A DNA stretch of 64,000 bases from Felis catus (Eukaryota), in assembly GCF_018350175.1 (NCBI RefSeq), contig NC_058368.1, forward strand, positions 61,878,001 through 61,942,000. The letters are read 5' to 3'. The notes beneath the pieces are model-generated. The model was not told the DNA's origin, searched no databases, and was given only the letters and a program-made list of their open reading frames with translations. Below are positions 25,204 to 38,908 of this stretch, piece after piece; within the stretch, counting starts at the first letter, position 1, and every line of letters begins with the position of its first letter. Both the position numbers and the translations under genes were made by a program.

Positions 25204-25921
25204 AAGAAGTGGGCTTTTCTACTCCTAGATTAAGTGAGTACCCCGAGTGGTGCTTCTCCCCAGTGACTCCACCACCATGCACTACACCCTTGTGTTGAAT
25301 GAGACCGGTGAATGAGAAAAGCAATTTTAAAGAATATTGTTCATTAGTAAATGTAATCCACATCATGAAAATGAGCTGTCTTTGAGATTTAATTTTATAA
25401 CCCTCTTCTTGTCAAGGTTTAAATAACACTGAAATTCTCAACCTAATTTTAAGAAGGTGATTTCTTGTAGCAATTGTGTATTCATAGAATTCGGAAGCAT
25501 ATATTAATATATATGTGTATATATTTTAATATTTAATTATAATAAAGTGCTTATCCATTCTTCTATTTTTTAAGGGAGCGATCAATATCTTGCCCAGAAA
25601 AATATTAACCTACTATACTGAAGTGATTGATCCCACTACATTGTCTACAAAATTAGATATACCTCCTTCTACATTCATCATCAGAAACTGTGATCCCAAC
25701 AGTCTCCCCCTTCTCTTCTTTCAATACTCTTCTACATTTCTAACATTTCTACAAAGGTGGACAATTTGTTATTCCTTAAATGTGTCCTGTATTTTCAATC
25801 TCATTTGAAACTTTTCTTAGGCTCTTTCCTCTGGCAACAGTATGTTTCCTGTCTCCTTTATTTTACCTCAGTTCTGAAGCTTACTTAAAATATGTTTTCC
25901 AAATATCTTTGGGATAGATCA

Positions 25922-26840
25922 CTTCTGGAATTATGCCTTAGGAGAGCTCTGTGGACCCTGGCCCTAGTGAAATAACTGTAACAGGTGAAAATTGGAAAAA
26001 TACATAAATAAATAAATAAATAAATAAATAAATAGGCAAAGGAATCATTTAAAGTCTCTGATAATTGGCCAAAGGGCATACAACAAATGCAGAAGCATAT
26101 ATTGAAGAAAATCTACTTAATCTCATATAACTGAGACTATGGCATTTGAGCCATGCCCCCACCCCACTCCCACCAACAAGATGGAAACTACATTCTAAGT
26201 AGGTGACCAAGATCTTTTCCCACAGATTCCAGTCTAGGGCTGCAGTGTCTCCCAGGGGAGGCAGGAGATAGTATTTTTCATCTCCCAACTTTGTGTTTCA
26301 GAGATTCCCTCCATGCAGCCTTCACTCATAGGATAAAACCTGTATAGGAGACATAGAAATCCAAGAAAACAGAGACCCCAGTCACCCTCCTTTCAGCTTA
26401 CTTGTAGAATGGAGTTTCCACACCTAGAGAAGCAAGCTTTGGACAGAGACTACTGCTCCTGACCAACTCATTGCTCACAGGGCAAGGGCATCACTCTGAC
26501 AGGAGAGGACCCTTGTCCCAGCACCCAACTCTGGAGTAGGTACTCAGAGATTTTTTTCCCAGAGGAAAGACAGGTCACGACCACAGAGATATCTGAAGCT
26601 CTCCCCAAGTTCCCTGACTTTATAGGGCACAGTGTTTGGGGGGGGGGGGGTTATACTCTAAGGATGCTCTCAGAATCGTGGACAATTTGGTGGCAAGCAA
26701 TTAAGAGGCTGGTAGCTCCATGTTAGCAAAGCAAAAATGAGGCCCACTACTTTAGTAGGGAGAACCAGGGAGAAAAACAGAAAAAATGTTCCTCCTGGAT
26801 TCAGAACAATTCTGAAAGACTGCCCTCAAAAACTACCAGT
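25922..26840 (+). mobile_element. Ancient L1 5' end (L1M4-type)
   Basis: cttctggaat..gagctctgtggaccc..catttaaagtctctgataattg..gggcatacaacaaatg..gaagaaaatctacttaatctc..tggcatttgagcca resembles L1M4 5'-end consensus as I recall it. Confidence 0.65.
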
Positions 26841-27957
26841 TCTGCAAATACTGGTAATGAATAACTCACGTTAACATGACTTTGGGAAATAACTAAATAT
26901 CTAACTAAATATCTCACTAAGTATCTTCATCAATTTAGTAATACTTTTCTCTATTTCCCTAAAATTATAATTGCACAATTGCTGTTTCCTTAAAAATCTT
27001 TAGACCTTTAACTTAGAAGACAGTATAATACAGATTTTATGTCTCCTAAAATAAACCAACAGAAGAAAATGCTTTCGCAGGCACATTAGACATGATAAAA
27101 AACAATAAAAATTATCTAGGATATATGGGGAGAACATTAGAAGAAAAGAAAAGCTATAAATCTAAAATAAAAAATATTTGAAACACAGACATGAAGTATG
27201 ATAAAATAATGTAAGTTGAAATAACTTGTGTAAATTATATTTACTGTATGTAATTAAATTATAGTTGTTTTTATGTTATATAAATGAAATAGGTGACTTA
27301 CTATTTCTACTTTAAGGTTTATACATTGAAATCATGACTCACAGATGTTTTAGTTTTCTGGTTTGTTTATATTTTTAACACTGAAGGAAATATTTTCCAA
27401 GAGAAGTGATGATAATCACATGGGTGTGCTATATTTAGCAAGGCATTATATAATGGTTTCGTCTGACATAAAACATCTGGAGGCATAAATCAGCAAAGCT
27501 TTCTGTTTCTTACTTTAGATAATTATGTATAAATCTTCATTCATATAGCTTCTGCTTAATATGGGATAGAAAAAGTAAATCAAATTGTGTGGGGAATGAG
27601 ATGTGCATCTGGAAAAGAGATAGTAAAATAAGAATATTTTAAGGGCCCTTTGAAAATATTCAGAAATGCACTAACTATACCACTTTTTATATTGAACCAC
27701 TCTTATCACTCATGAGACACATTAAATATGAAAAAATGGAAATATGTGGACTTATAACACAAGGTCCCCAGGCACAGGGTAACTCACTTTGCCAGGCTGG
27801 TATCATAAATAGCTGGCACACCAATTCTCCACAACCAAGCAGCCCGGACCTTCCCACAGACAAGGCTTATCCTGTTGAAAGGAGACACAAAGAGGAAAGG
27901 GGCCCAGTACAGAAATTCAAACCTCTACTAGCCCAACAAACACCTGAATGCACCATC

Positions 27958-28525
27958 GTAGTATTGGTTTTCTCTGCTGCACAGATTCAGAGACCTAATG
28001 TCTTAAAACAGCATCCATGCGTGATGTTACAGTTTTATTTGTCCGAAGACTAGACACTGCTTAGCTGTGTTTTCTGCTTAAGATCTTCCAAGTCTCCTAG
28101 CAAGATGTCCATGGGGCTACATTCTCACTTGGAGCCTTACTCATGGAAAAATCCACTTCTAGTCTCTCTCAGGTTGTTGGCACAATTCATTTCCTTGTGA
28201 CTCAACTCCTAAAGAATGGGCCTCTCCATAGGCAGTTTAAAAGAGCATGCCGTTTGCTTCTTCAGAGCCTCTTTAAAAAGGCTTTCACCTAATTAAGTCA
28301 GGTCCACTCCAGACTGCCTTTTGATTAATTCAAAATCAACTAAGTGAGGACCTTAATTGCATCTAAAAATCCTGTCATGTTTTTCACAGAACATAGAACC
28401 TTATCACTGGCGTAACATTTTATTATAATCACAGGCTGCACCCAAACTGAAGTGGAGGGGATTGTACAGGGTGTGAACACAGACATGCCAGGAATCTGGG
28501 TTTATCTTAAAAGTCTGCCTACTTC
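27958..28525 (-). mobile_element. MaLR LTR (MLT1E-like)
   Basis: cttaaaacagcatcc, gcttagctgtgttttctgctta, caggttgttggcacaattcatttccttgtg, ttttgattaattcaaaatcaact, gaggggattgtacagggtgtg, tctgcctac. Confidence 0.8.
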
Positions 28526-28924
28526 TGTGCTTTTCTGTAGTGTGGTGGGCAGATTACAGGCATCCATGCCTTCTCTTTCTTGCTGACTTTTGGTTCATGT
28601 AAGTGTCTCCTTCCTGCAATAAAACCTATTTATTAACTTATTCATTATGGAATTCAAACAGAATCTGGTGTATCCATGCTAAATTGAAAGTCATGTGGGA
28701 TCCATATTGTATGGCAAGTCGACAGCTTGTCTAACTGGATAGTTTACAGTATCTTCCTATTTAGTTTAAAGATGTGTATATTTGCACACACGTGTGTGTG
28801 CATGCATGTGTGTGCATGTGTGTGTGTACTGAGAAAAATAATGTTTACAATATTTTTCTCAACTCAACTCTTATCTTCCCATAGATTGAAAAAGTATTAC
28901 GGTATAGCAATATACATTGTAATC

Positions 28925-29090
28925 ACTTGAATCTGACTGCTTGCAAGGCCACTCCGCTACTTACTAGTGGGCAATATAGGATAATTTTCTGACCTTCTCT
29001 CTGTTTTTATTTTCAATGAAAAATGGAGAAACATAGTGCATTGCTCATATGGTGGTAGTGATGCAAAATAAGTTAGTGTAAAAGTGAATG
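28925..29090 (+). mobile_element. MIR relic
   Basis: ctccgctacttactagtg..accttctctctgt..aaaatggaga..atagtgc..ctcatatggtggtagtga. Confidence 0.55.
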
Positions 29091-29528
29091 GTGATATATT
29101 TCCATGTTTCCTGAAGTAGTATTCAAAAAGGAAAGAATACCTCTAGGAGGACTATCTCCCTGGCTAATCAGATCATTTCAAACAAGCACTTGGAAATTAA
29201 GTGAACAGGTAATAAATATGGCTTCCTGGAATAGAACTGAAAGAACAATCAATCTGGATTGATTTCTACGCTGGTAACAAATCAACGTGAACCTAAGATA
29301 CACTAGAGGCAGATGTTTTTATTATTTGGCTCACAGATATTTTTAAAAAGTTATAAATATTATACATTTTCAATAAATTCATCAAAGAAACAGTTACTTT
29401 AACTTAGACAGTTTCTAAGTGTTTAAAATTGGTTATAAGGGACATGAAAGACGTCAACCTTATTCTAATAAGAATTGGAGTCATAAGCACATATTCAGTG
29501 GAGGTGCAACCTAGGATCTAGAATTTTA

Positions 29529-29564
29529 TTTTTTTAAATACTTTTTTAACATTTGTTTATTATC

Positions 29565-29604
<40 letters not shown>

Positions 29605-29754
29605 ATGAGCATGGGAGGGACAAAGAGAGGGGGAAACACAGAATCTGAAGCAGGTTCCAGGCTCTGAGCTGTCAGCACAGAGCCTGATACAGGGCTCGAA
29701 TTCAGACCTGAGCCAAAGTCAGACACTTAAATGACTGAGCCACCCAGGCGCCCC
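29529..29754 (-). mobile_element. CAN-SINE with small internal deletion
   Basis: SINEC body; TSD TAGGATCT(A/G)GAATTTTA at 29512 and 29755. Confidence 0.95.
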
Positions 29755-30585
29755 TAGGATCTGGAATTTTAAATATATAATTAACAGCCGTTAGGAGTAA
29801 CATTGTACTAGTAATAGGAAATATTGGGCAGTTACTCTATGATCTATATCGTGTTTTTGACATACATCTGTATCTAATCATACTCCATAATATTTAAGTA
29901 ATAGAATGACGTTATGTCACTTTTGCAAATGAACACATTCAACCTCAGTCATGTTTCAAAATATTCAGAAGTAATAAAGGCATTCTAGTTGCCACCAGAA
30001 CCATGTCCTATGACTAGAAAATAATTTAGATTACCCTCTACCACACTGCCTATCATATTCTACCGAGTGAAAGAGTCACACTGATTCCTTAATTCAAATA
30101 AGATATTGATGTTCATAATGGTTTAACACACTACTCTCCACAGAAATGTTTGATATTTAGTAGAAGTTATATCACCAAAGAGCAAACACTAATAATAGTG
30201 CATACTCTAGTATATTATGTGCTTTCCTTTTTTAGAAATATGAAACATAAAGATCCAAAACATTTTAGCAAAATTAAAATGGTCACAAAGGCAGTTCTGT
30301 GCTTTATTTCCATGCAGCAGAATATGTGTTTATCCAGACTTTGATCTTGATTCAAGTTGATTCTTTACTCCTCATGACTAAATTTTACCTAATTTATAAT
30401 TATTTTATTAAATAAAGGATGCTTCTTTTTTTTCTGGTGATAATAGTCTGTTTAGGAAAAACAAACTGCAGCTGTACAAGCATCTTTAATCACAGAGCCT
30501 CATGTATTCATGTTTAGTGCAGTTTTATGATATGGAAGACAGTTCCATTTGAGATTACCAGCAATATATCTTCATTAAAGATTGT

Positions 30586-30803
30586 GGTTTTTTTTTACTT
30601 TTTTAATAGTTTTTTCATTTTTGAGAGAGACATAGCATGAGCAGAGGAAGAGTAGAGAGAGAGGGAGACACAGAACCCAAAGCAGGCTCCAGGCTCTGAG
30701 CTGTCAGCACAGAGCCCGACGCGGGGCTCGAACCCACAGACAGTGAAAGCTATGACCTGTGTGGAAGTCAGACACTTAACCGACTGAGCCACCCAGGCAC
30801 CCC
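30586..30803 (-). mobile_element. CAN-SINE
   Basis: SINEC body; perfect 20-bp TSD ATATCTTCATTAAAGATTGT at 30566 and 30804. Confidence 0.97.
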
Positions 30804-31699
30804 ATATCTTCATTAAAGATTGTTAAGGAACGTACAATGATTTCAAATTTGTAAGCCTATCATTAGACTAGAAAAAAGAGCAGTAAATCATATTAACTTG
30901 CTTTGTTACGGGTATATGAAACTTTTGTAATTAGAAGAGGAAAATAATGCTTGGCTTCTTTTAAACAGTTAATAGAGTTAAATACAAAAGTGATTTTTCT
31001 ATCTCTTGTGTTTTAATTAGGGTTTGAGCTATTACTAGAGAATTTTAATAATGTTTTTAAAATTTTGGGTTTTCCATTAGGAGTGACTTTAATTAACTAC
31101 TTTTCATAAAAATTACTCAATGTGTCTTTCAAAATGTTATCACAGTTTCTTTCAAATCTTTTGAATTTTATGTGACAGGCCAGCCACATCTGCTAATCAG
31201 ATAGCAGTCATATATCAACCCAGAAGTGTTCATATATTTCACAGTCATTTTTAAGCCATATTTTTTTTCATGCACATATTCACGGTCTCAGTCCTTAGTT
31301 CTCTGAAGACTAAAATTGTCTTAAACCTGCAATAATGTAATATAATACTGTACTGGTACTACTACTAATGCGAATTTTATTAAAATTTATTTAATTTATT
31401 AAAAAATTATTAAAATTATTAAAATTAGTATTGTTATTACTAACTACAAATAATAATGGCAATCATAGCAATAGTAACAGATATCTCCACTCTTTCTCTG
31501 GCCGTGATATATGCCCATATACATTTCACAGAAAATAATGTATTTCATATTTATAATATGGTGTGTATTAGTCATAATCACATTAATCATTTTTATGTAT
31601 GAGGAATTATAATTACATCCATACAGACAATAAGTAGTTGAATTTATTTATGCAGTCTTTCATAGATTTTAGATTTTTTAGTGCAGAGTTAGGAAGGTG

Positions 31700-32070
31700 T
31701 TTCTTAGTCCTGGAATATTATGATAGAAATCACCTGTTTTGTGATTGTATGTTCTTAATTTTTAGTATTTGCATAATTCCTTTTTCAGAATTGAGATTCC
31801 TGATCTACTTGAGATTTAGTTTTGTATACAGTGTGACATGTGCATCAAATTTTATCTTTTTTCCCAAATAATTATCCGGTTAGCTCTACATCATATATTT
31901 TTAATTCATCATTTTGCCACAAATTTGAGATGCCACTTTTCACCCATGTTAAATTTCTGTATGAAAGAGTCCATATCTAAATTTTCTACTATGTTCCAAT
32001 GTCTGCTCATATCCCAGCAAATCATTTTTTTTAAATATAGAAGTTTTATAATAAAATTTATTAGGTGGTA
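31700..32070 (-). mobile_element. Ancient L1 ORF2 fragment
   Basis: tgatctacttgagatttagttttgtatacagtgtga..tcaaattttatctttttt is typical antisense L1M ORF2. Confidence 0.6.
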
Positions 32071-32074
32071 AACC

Positions 32075-32633
32075 TGTATATGAATTGAGGTTCAATCAGG
32101 GAGGCAGACTTCATCTGCTCTGTTATAGAAATTTCTATGTTACTGGAGGAGATGAATGAAAAGAAACTCTGTCTTTGCCTTTTGATTTGAAGCAGTCAAG
32201 AAGAGAACGTAGATGTAAAGGAGGGTAAGATCCATTGCAACACACAGCCGATAAGTGGAAACTGTTCGTTTTTCACCACCTCCCAATTTGACAATGTTGG
32301 TTTCCTGCAGGAAACTTGGCAAACTTCGTCAGGAACCTAAATATGTATCTAACTCCACAGTTGGGGAAGGTGCAACAGCTTCTGGTGAACGGCTGTCCCA
32401 TGCCAGTGAGATGAGCCAGCAAATAAGTACCAACATGTGTGAGCTGAAATAGCACCTGCACTTCTTCACCAGCCTTCTGCTAGGAAAGGATGTGGAGGCT
32501 CCTTCGGGTTCACCTTCCAGATCACACACAACATATCTCATGGCCTACCCTAACCAGAATATATGAGGGAGAAAATTTTAGGAAGCACGATTTAGCAGAG
32601 TCATGTGTTTGTATCATAAAGCCATGGTGGTAC
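32075..32633 (-). mobile_element. Ancient ERVL-class LTR
   Basis: tgt..ggttcaatcagggaggcaga start and tggcctaccctaaccagaa..aattttaggaa..aca end are typical of old reverse-oriented ERVL LTRs; subfamily not identified. Confidence 0.5.
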
Positions 32634-32936
32634 AACTCATAAACCCAGCACCCAAACAGGATTTGTAAAACCAAATATAGCTTCCAAATAAAGCTTTAAT
32701 GGAGTCACATTCCACCGACCCTGATACAAGTGCTACTGAAAACAAGCTTGCTGTTTTCCCTACAAAATATACTAAAACTATTTTCTACCTTTAGTTGATG
32801 TTCATTATTTTTCTACTGGGGTCTCACTATCCTGCTTACAACGTGAATACTGAGATGTAAAGTTAACTACTATTAACATACTTTATCGTTATTGATAAGG
32901 TAAGGTTAAGGGGGAGATTCTTATATATACACATAC

Positions 32937-33489
32937 TGTGGGGAGTTTAGCTAAGCTACATCATGGTATTGCTGCCTCAGTATCCATTTTGTTTGGCCAA
33001 GCAACTCGTGGAGGCCTCAGACTAACTCTAGTCCATCACGCAAGCACATATTCTAGGTGGCAGCCTGCAGACTCACAAGCAAATATAAGTCCTGAAATGA
33101 CTTTCCCAACAGCTGTTGTGATAAACAGTCTCTTCCACCTCCCATGGCCCCTTAGATAAGAGCCCTTGGAGATTGCCAAAACCCCACTATTTTTTGTTTG
33201 TTTGTTTGTTTGTTTCAACTGACCAATCTGGTCTTAGCCTGGGAATCCCAAAGCACTCTAACCATAAACCTTAATAAAGGCATTTGACTCAAGCTCTCTT
33301 GCTCTGCCTGCACCCTGCCTTGACCTCCCCTTATGGCCCCTCAAGGTGTCCCGTGAACTTCCTCTAGGACCTATGTGGAACAAATCTCTCCATTTCAATT
33401 TCTCTTGTGGTCTTTTATTAAACCTTGGTTCACCATCCAACACCTGGAGGCTTTACTTGAATGTTAATTTAACAAAACCATGGCACACA
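32937..33489 (+). mobile_element. Solo LTR (likely carnivore ERV type) inserted in ERVL internal sequence
   Basis: TG start at 32937, AATAAA at about 33273, CA end; CATAC on both sides if the end is 33489. Confidence 0.6.
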
Positions 33490-33499
33490 CATACACAAA

Positions 33500-34150
33500 C
33501 ATATCTATTCGTATGAAAATAAGAAAGAACTGCTGGTAACTATTGTAGTTTTTGTTTCTACCCCTCTTCACTTAGTTATAGCTGATATTTATAATTACCT
33601 TCTCTCCCTATTCATTCTATATGTTTTGCTCTTAGAAAGCACCTCAGCAGGTTGTGGTTTTTTGCCAGCTGGAATTACCCAAACTTAATCCTTGCAGCTT
33701 GAAACCACACTTGGGTCATTTTAGTTTTCTACTGACTTCAATCATAAGACATGGAAGTACTAAATAACATGCCTAGAAGATTTCCTATATTTTGGACATA
33801 TTCCTCACTTCTCCTTCTCCATTGTAGCATCCCCAAGTCTGCCTCAGTTACCAAAATCAATCACCCATACAATACCCGCCTTCTTTGTCAGTTGATTCAT
33901 TGACATGGGAATGTTTGTGTGGCAGTCTCAACTTCTCCAATGAATGAAACCGTTGTTTCTGTGCTGTAGCAGAAGTATCCCTGATTTGGATTTAAGCACT
34001 CTACATTACCAGAGCCCAACATTGTAGGCAGGGGAAACAAATACATTGCCAGTTGATTACTATATGGTTTATCTCCATAAATATATTTATGCCACTGCAT
34101 GCCCCATTATTACTAGAAACAGGGTCAAATAACACCTTTAAATCTAATCA
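33500..34150 (-). mobile_element. ERVL internal (pol 3' region) relic
   Basis: Minus-strand peptide LAMYLFPLPTMLGSGNVECLNPNQG resembles the ERVL post-integrase motif FLLPVPTTLGSAGLEVLVP. Confidence 0.5.
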
Positions 34151-34405
34151 GATTAGAAAAACAACTCCAGATAACTAAGAATCAATTCACAGAATATATC
34201 CATTAAGGTTCTGTTTTCTGGAAAAATTTTTAGTAGACTATTGTCTGTCAGTTCATGTTCAATCAGAAAATCAGAACCATTGGAAGGGAGATAAAGGCTG
34301 TTTTTAAGGCTCTTGCCAGGCATCTGACACTGGAGCTTGAAATCCATAGTGTATGTAGTCAGGAATACAAAGTTTTTATATTTTCTTTAAAAAAAAACAT
34401 AATTT

Positions 34406-34580
34406 GGGGGGAATGCCTGGGTGGTTCAGTAGGTTAAGCCTACGGCTTCAGCTCAGTTCATGGTCTCATGGTTCAGGAGTTTGAGACACTTGTCAGGCTC
34501 GAGCCTGCTTCCGAGTCTGTGTCTCTCTCTCTAACCCTCTCCGGGTTTCACTCTCTCCCCAAAATAAATAAACATTAAAA
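34406..34580 (+). mobile_element. CAN-SINE with internal deletion
   Basis: SINEC head and tail; CATAATTT(G) repeated on both flanks. Confidence 0.9.
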
Positions 34581-35584
34581 AATCCATAATTTGGAAATAG
34601 ATCATTGCTTCTCCCTTTATATTTGCAAATATTATACATGCAATTATTTTATACTCATTTTGTAAATTATTACTTTATTTTCATTTCATCTGCAATAAAG
34701 CCCATCTCAAGATGAATTTATTTAATTTTTTAATTTACATTTTATTTAATTTTTAATTTTTCTTTCTCTCTATATATTTTTTTCATTTGATAAGCTTACT
34801 TTGCCTTGAGTTCTTCTTTGGCCACCTCTGTCTCTTTCCACATGTCATGTTTAGTGGTTTTCGAAATTGTCTCCATGCTGATCATATGCTCTGAAATCCT
34901 GAAGAAATTACTTTATTTGTAACTCAAGATTCCGGCCCTGTGGTAACATGGAAGACAGCACAGATTCAAACATCAACCCAACAGATCGACCCATGTGGTT
35001 TTCTTACCTCCCTCCAGGATTGTTTTTTGTTATTGTTGTTGTGGTTTTGCATTTTATTTTGTTTTTTAGGAGGTGGAAGAGTTTCCTCTTTATGTGAACA
35101 TCCTCAGATAGGCAGTACATGTTACGGTTTTTCAAGTGAAATCTTAAATGACATTTCACTTCATAGGCAGGGGAGCTCAACCATCTCCATTTCTGAAAGG
35201 AAGTCAACCTTCCAGCTTGCCCTCCCATCATGCACTTTTATCTGGCTTTAGGTTAAGTCAGTGGTACCATGTTTCTGTAAGTGTTAGGTAAAATACCTTA
35301 TCAAACATATCAAAGATTTTGTCAAATTTCATTGGAACTTAGCAAGTCATAGATGAATTTTCAAGAGAGTTACATGTGTTGAAACCACCTTGAAATTGTG
35401 TATGTGGAATATTCAGAGTTTAAAAGGTAGAATGTAGAATTTTAGTTCAGGATGTTTGCTTATTAGGGAAGTAGAAAGCTAGGATGTTGGTGTCAGGAGG
35501 AAGAAAGGATAGAAAATACAGTTTAGAAGACAGGATGGACATAGTGATACCTTAAGCAGAGAAAAATGATGTAGTAAATATAAT

Positions 35585-36060
35585 AATGTGGCATTTCTTG
35601 AGCACTAATCATGTGTCAGAATTTTAAGATAAATTATTAAGGTGAATTATTAATCCAATCTTCATCTTATTAATTAGCTGATAGTACTATTTTCTTTTTT
35701 TTTAATTTTGTTTTTTTTTCAACGTTTATTTATTTTTGGGACAGAGAGAGACAGAGCATGAACGGGGGAGGGGCAGAGAGAGAGGGAGACACAGAATCGG
35801 AAACAGGCTCCAGGCTCTGAGCCATCAGCCCAGAGCCCGACGCGGGGCTCGAACTCCCGGACCGCGAGATCGTGACCTGGCTGAAGTCCGACGCTTAACC
35901 GACTGCACCACCCAGGCGCCCCAATGATAGTACTATTTTCATTGCTATTATTTGGAAATTATAAACTTGGTAAATTTGAGAAAATAAGACATTAAGTCAT
36001 TTATCTAGGATCATACAGCTAATAATTTAATACAAATAGAGTGAGTCCTGAGTACCCAAA
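35585..36060 (-). mobile_element. MIR relic interrupted by a young SINE
   Basis: catttcttgagcactaatcatgtgtcaga ... ttaagtcatttatctaggatcatacagctaataa. Confidence 0.6.
35695..35922 (-). mobile_element. Young feline SINE (SINEC_Fc-type)
   Basis: Near-consensus CpG-rich body; perfect 16-bp TSD TGATAGTACTATTTTC at 35679 and 35925, with 2 extra bases at the 5' junction. Confidence 0.97.
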
Positions 36061-36319
36061 ATCTTAGCAAATTTATCCTGTGAAGGAGAGTGATGAATGA
36101 AATATCATTTGCTTGATAGAGACACTCATTTTTCTCAGTCATATACGTATCACATACATAATGAGCAGGCTGATCAAATATTGAGATCAACTCAAGTAGC
36201 AAGAGTGTGCAACCAAAGTTGAAGCAAAGTTAGTACAGAAGCCTAGCATCCAAAAGCGAAAGACATCAGTTTCATTCTTTTCCTACTTTGATCCTCTATT
36301 ATAACCTCCATAAAAAATA

Positions 36320-36805
36320 TTTAAAGAAGGAGCCAAGTGCAAAGCAAAAATAACAAGTAAACTGATATAATTGAAAATGGTCATGGATAAAATGGCAGAC
36401 CAAATCTCTCTTGCTTTGTTGGAGGAGGTAACAGAGAAGACATGACCACAAGTTGCCCCAAGAACTGGACTCTGCAATCGGAGGCACCTCACCTTCTCTC
36501 CTATGCTTGAAATGTACACAGTCCTCACCTTCCCCACATTGGGAGCTGTTTCAAAGATGCAGACTTGAGAGAGCAATATATTGTTGAGACCATCTGGGTA
36601 ATATACTGTGGCTGAACCCAGTTAGGACCTCTATATAATTGTTTATATTATGGCAGGTGGGTGTAGACATCTACTCATCTTGTGGCTGTCCAAGACAAGT
36701 AAGTTCTTTGCTTCTTCAACCTGCCACCTAACAATCTGGAACAGCTGCTTCTTTTCTCAGTCTCCCCTTGCCTTCTGTGTAGAGGGGGCAGCTTGTGAAC
36801 CAACA
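36320..36805 (+). mobile_element. Old ERV1-type solo LTR
   Basis: TATA-like ctctatataa, then atctactcatcttgtggctgtccaagacaag..aacctgccacctaacaatctgga and terminal ccaaca; subfamily not identified. Confidence 0.5.
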
Positions 36806-37294
36806 TGCTTTCATTATATTCCCTTGAGGACATACATCAAAATCCCAAAGTTTTTATGAAAGAGTTATACTACTGCTAATTTCCTTACTAATAAAAGAAT
36901 GTGAAGGACTACCTCCAGATTGCTTTCTGTCTTACTCAATCCACTGCTATCAAAGACACACTTGAAATAGTGGAGCTGGCTTGAGTGTGGGGAAAGACTG
37001 GGTAATAGTACAAAACCACAGAAAGATGAAAGGAGATTGATGCAAGCAAGGAGCTTGAAGAATAGTACGGAGGACTCAGTGAAGCACAGCAGGAAACAAT
37101 ATAACAGAACTTCCTACTGATGAGAAGTGAGACCTTCCAACATTCCATGCAGTCGTGCTGGTGTGTGAGACGGAGAAACTCAATATGAGCAAAAATCTCA
37201 TGCTGTGAGTGAGGAAAAGGAGTGTGGCTGAAAAGGTAATGTGCGCCATAATCACAGTGGTTATTAAGCTGTCTCTCATACACTCTCTCTATCT

Positions 37295-37445
37295 TTATAT
37301 ATATATATATATTCATTCAAGATATATATGTATATATTCATTCAAAATATATACATATATATTCATTCAAAAATATATAATGCATACAGTGGATATAGAA
37401 TGTATATAAAATGTGTATATGTATATATATTCAAAATGTATATAA
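37295..37445. repeat. TA-rich minisatellite (about 24-bp unit containing ATATATTCATTCAA, three copies)
   Basis: atatattcattcaa recurs three times separated by TA-rich spacers. Confidence 0.8.
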
Positions 37446-38908
37446 AGAGTGAGAATAGAATTTCATAATACACTGAAGATTTTACATACAGTTAAGAACT
37501 GATACTTGTTAAGAACAGCAAATAATGAAAATAGGAAAAGAGGTAATGGCTTATGTTTTTAAAAATGTATTATTTTTTTCCTATATTCTCATATGCCTTC
37601 CTGATTACAACTTCTGCCATTTTTTTCAGTAGCAAAAATACTGTTTAAATGTATAGATCCATTTATGGTAGTTCATTTCGTCACTTGAAATATATACTCT
37701 TGACACTTATAAATATATCAAGAATGAAGTCAGATCCAACTTCACTTTTCCCTAATTCATTTTCTTTATGACTGCATTTCCCCCACTTGTTCTTATCTCT
37801 CTCCACCTGCCCCCTCATTCTCATCTTCTCACCTATAAAAAGATTTTTATTTATTTATTTAAATTTTGATGATGTATTTATGTGACAGAATATTCCCTGA
37901 ACACTAAGTAGTACAAAAGATGACTTTTTAAAAAGTAATAGATGATAACAAATGTTAATCCCATGCCACACTAGAGCAATGATAGAGTCACCCTCTGCCT
38001 CTTCTCTTCTCCCACACTTGGAGTTTTGTCTCCTTCTCTTCACACAGTGTGGCTATGGATAACCAAATCCTCACTCTCATCTCTCTCGCCCGGTGAAAAT
38101 ACTTCCTATTGCTGGGCATGGACATGATCTCCCTCTAAAGCCACATAAATGTCTCTTGTGCATATTTTGTATTCCTGGTATTATCTTGTTTATCTTTTCT
38201 GAAGATGACCATTGTCTGACTGTATCGCAGAGTCAGGGTTCAATGGGTTGCTCCTCTGAGTCAAGCAGCCTTTCCCACAGAAGGGGACCTTTTGTTTGGG
38301 TACAAACTATATGAAATGCTGCTCTTCTTCCGTGTACTGGGCCTCAGATAAGAGGCTGAGGATTTACCTGACATTCCTTCCACATCTGTCACCTCTTCCC
38401 ATTTCCCTTTCTTGCATCAGTAAGAGTTGAAGTCCCTTGTAGAAACGTGGACCCCCTGAGGCCTTGGTGCTCAGACCCATTGTCCCAAGCTTATTTCTTG
38501 GTGGTTTGGTTCTCCTTCTCTTCTTTTATCTGGACACTGATCACGTTTCTTCTTGTAACTCCATTTTTAATTTAGTTTAATTTTACTTCATTTAAATTAT
38601 TATATTTAAATTATTTTGTAGAATATTTACTTAATTTATTCAAATTACTGCATACAATACAGTATAAGTTATTACAGTATGCAAATTACTATATACTATA
38701 TGGCTTGAATTTTTACTGAATTGAAAACAATGAGCATAAAGCCATTTTGGTTCATCATCTTTAGTCAAACAGGATCTGTGCATAAATACAGAGTTTTATT
38801 GTTAGGTTCCTATTCTGTTTTTGATATTTTTGATATTATAAAATGTATTAAGTAATCATATATTATAAACAACACTATAAGATAACCAGAAGAGAATGTC
38901 ATTTTTTT

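Noticed and set aside
26638..26650. Poly-G run as a functional G-quadruplex
   Set aside because: Homopolymer expansion inside an old L1 5' end; length is also prone to sequencing error.
26891..26926. Three copies of a 12-mer (AACTAAATATCT-like)
   Set aside because: Ordinary slippage duplication with no further structure.
38050..38520. Possible LTR or regulatory element in a GC-richer patch
   Set aside because: No clear termini, TSD or family match that I could support.
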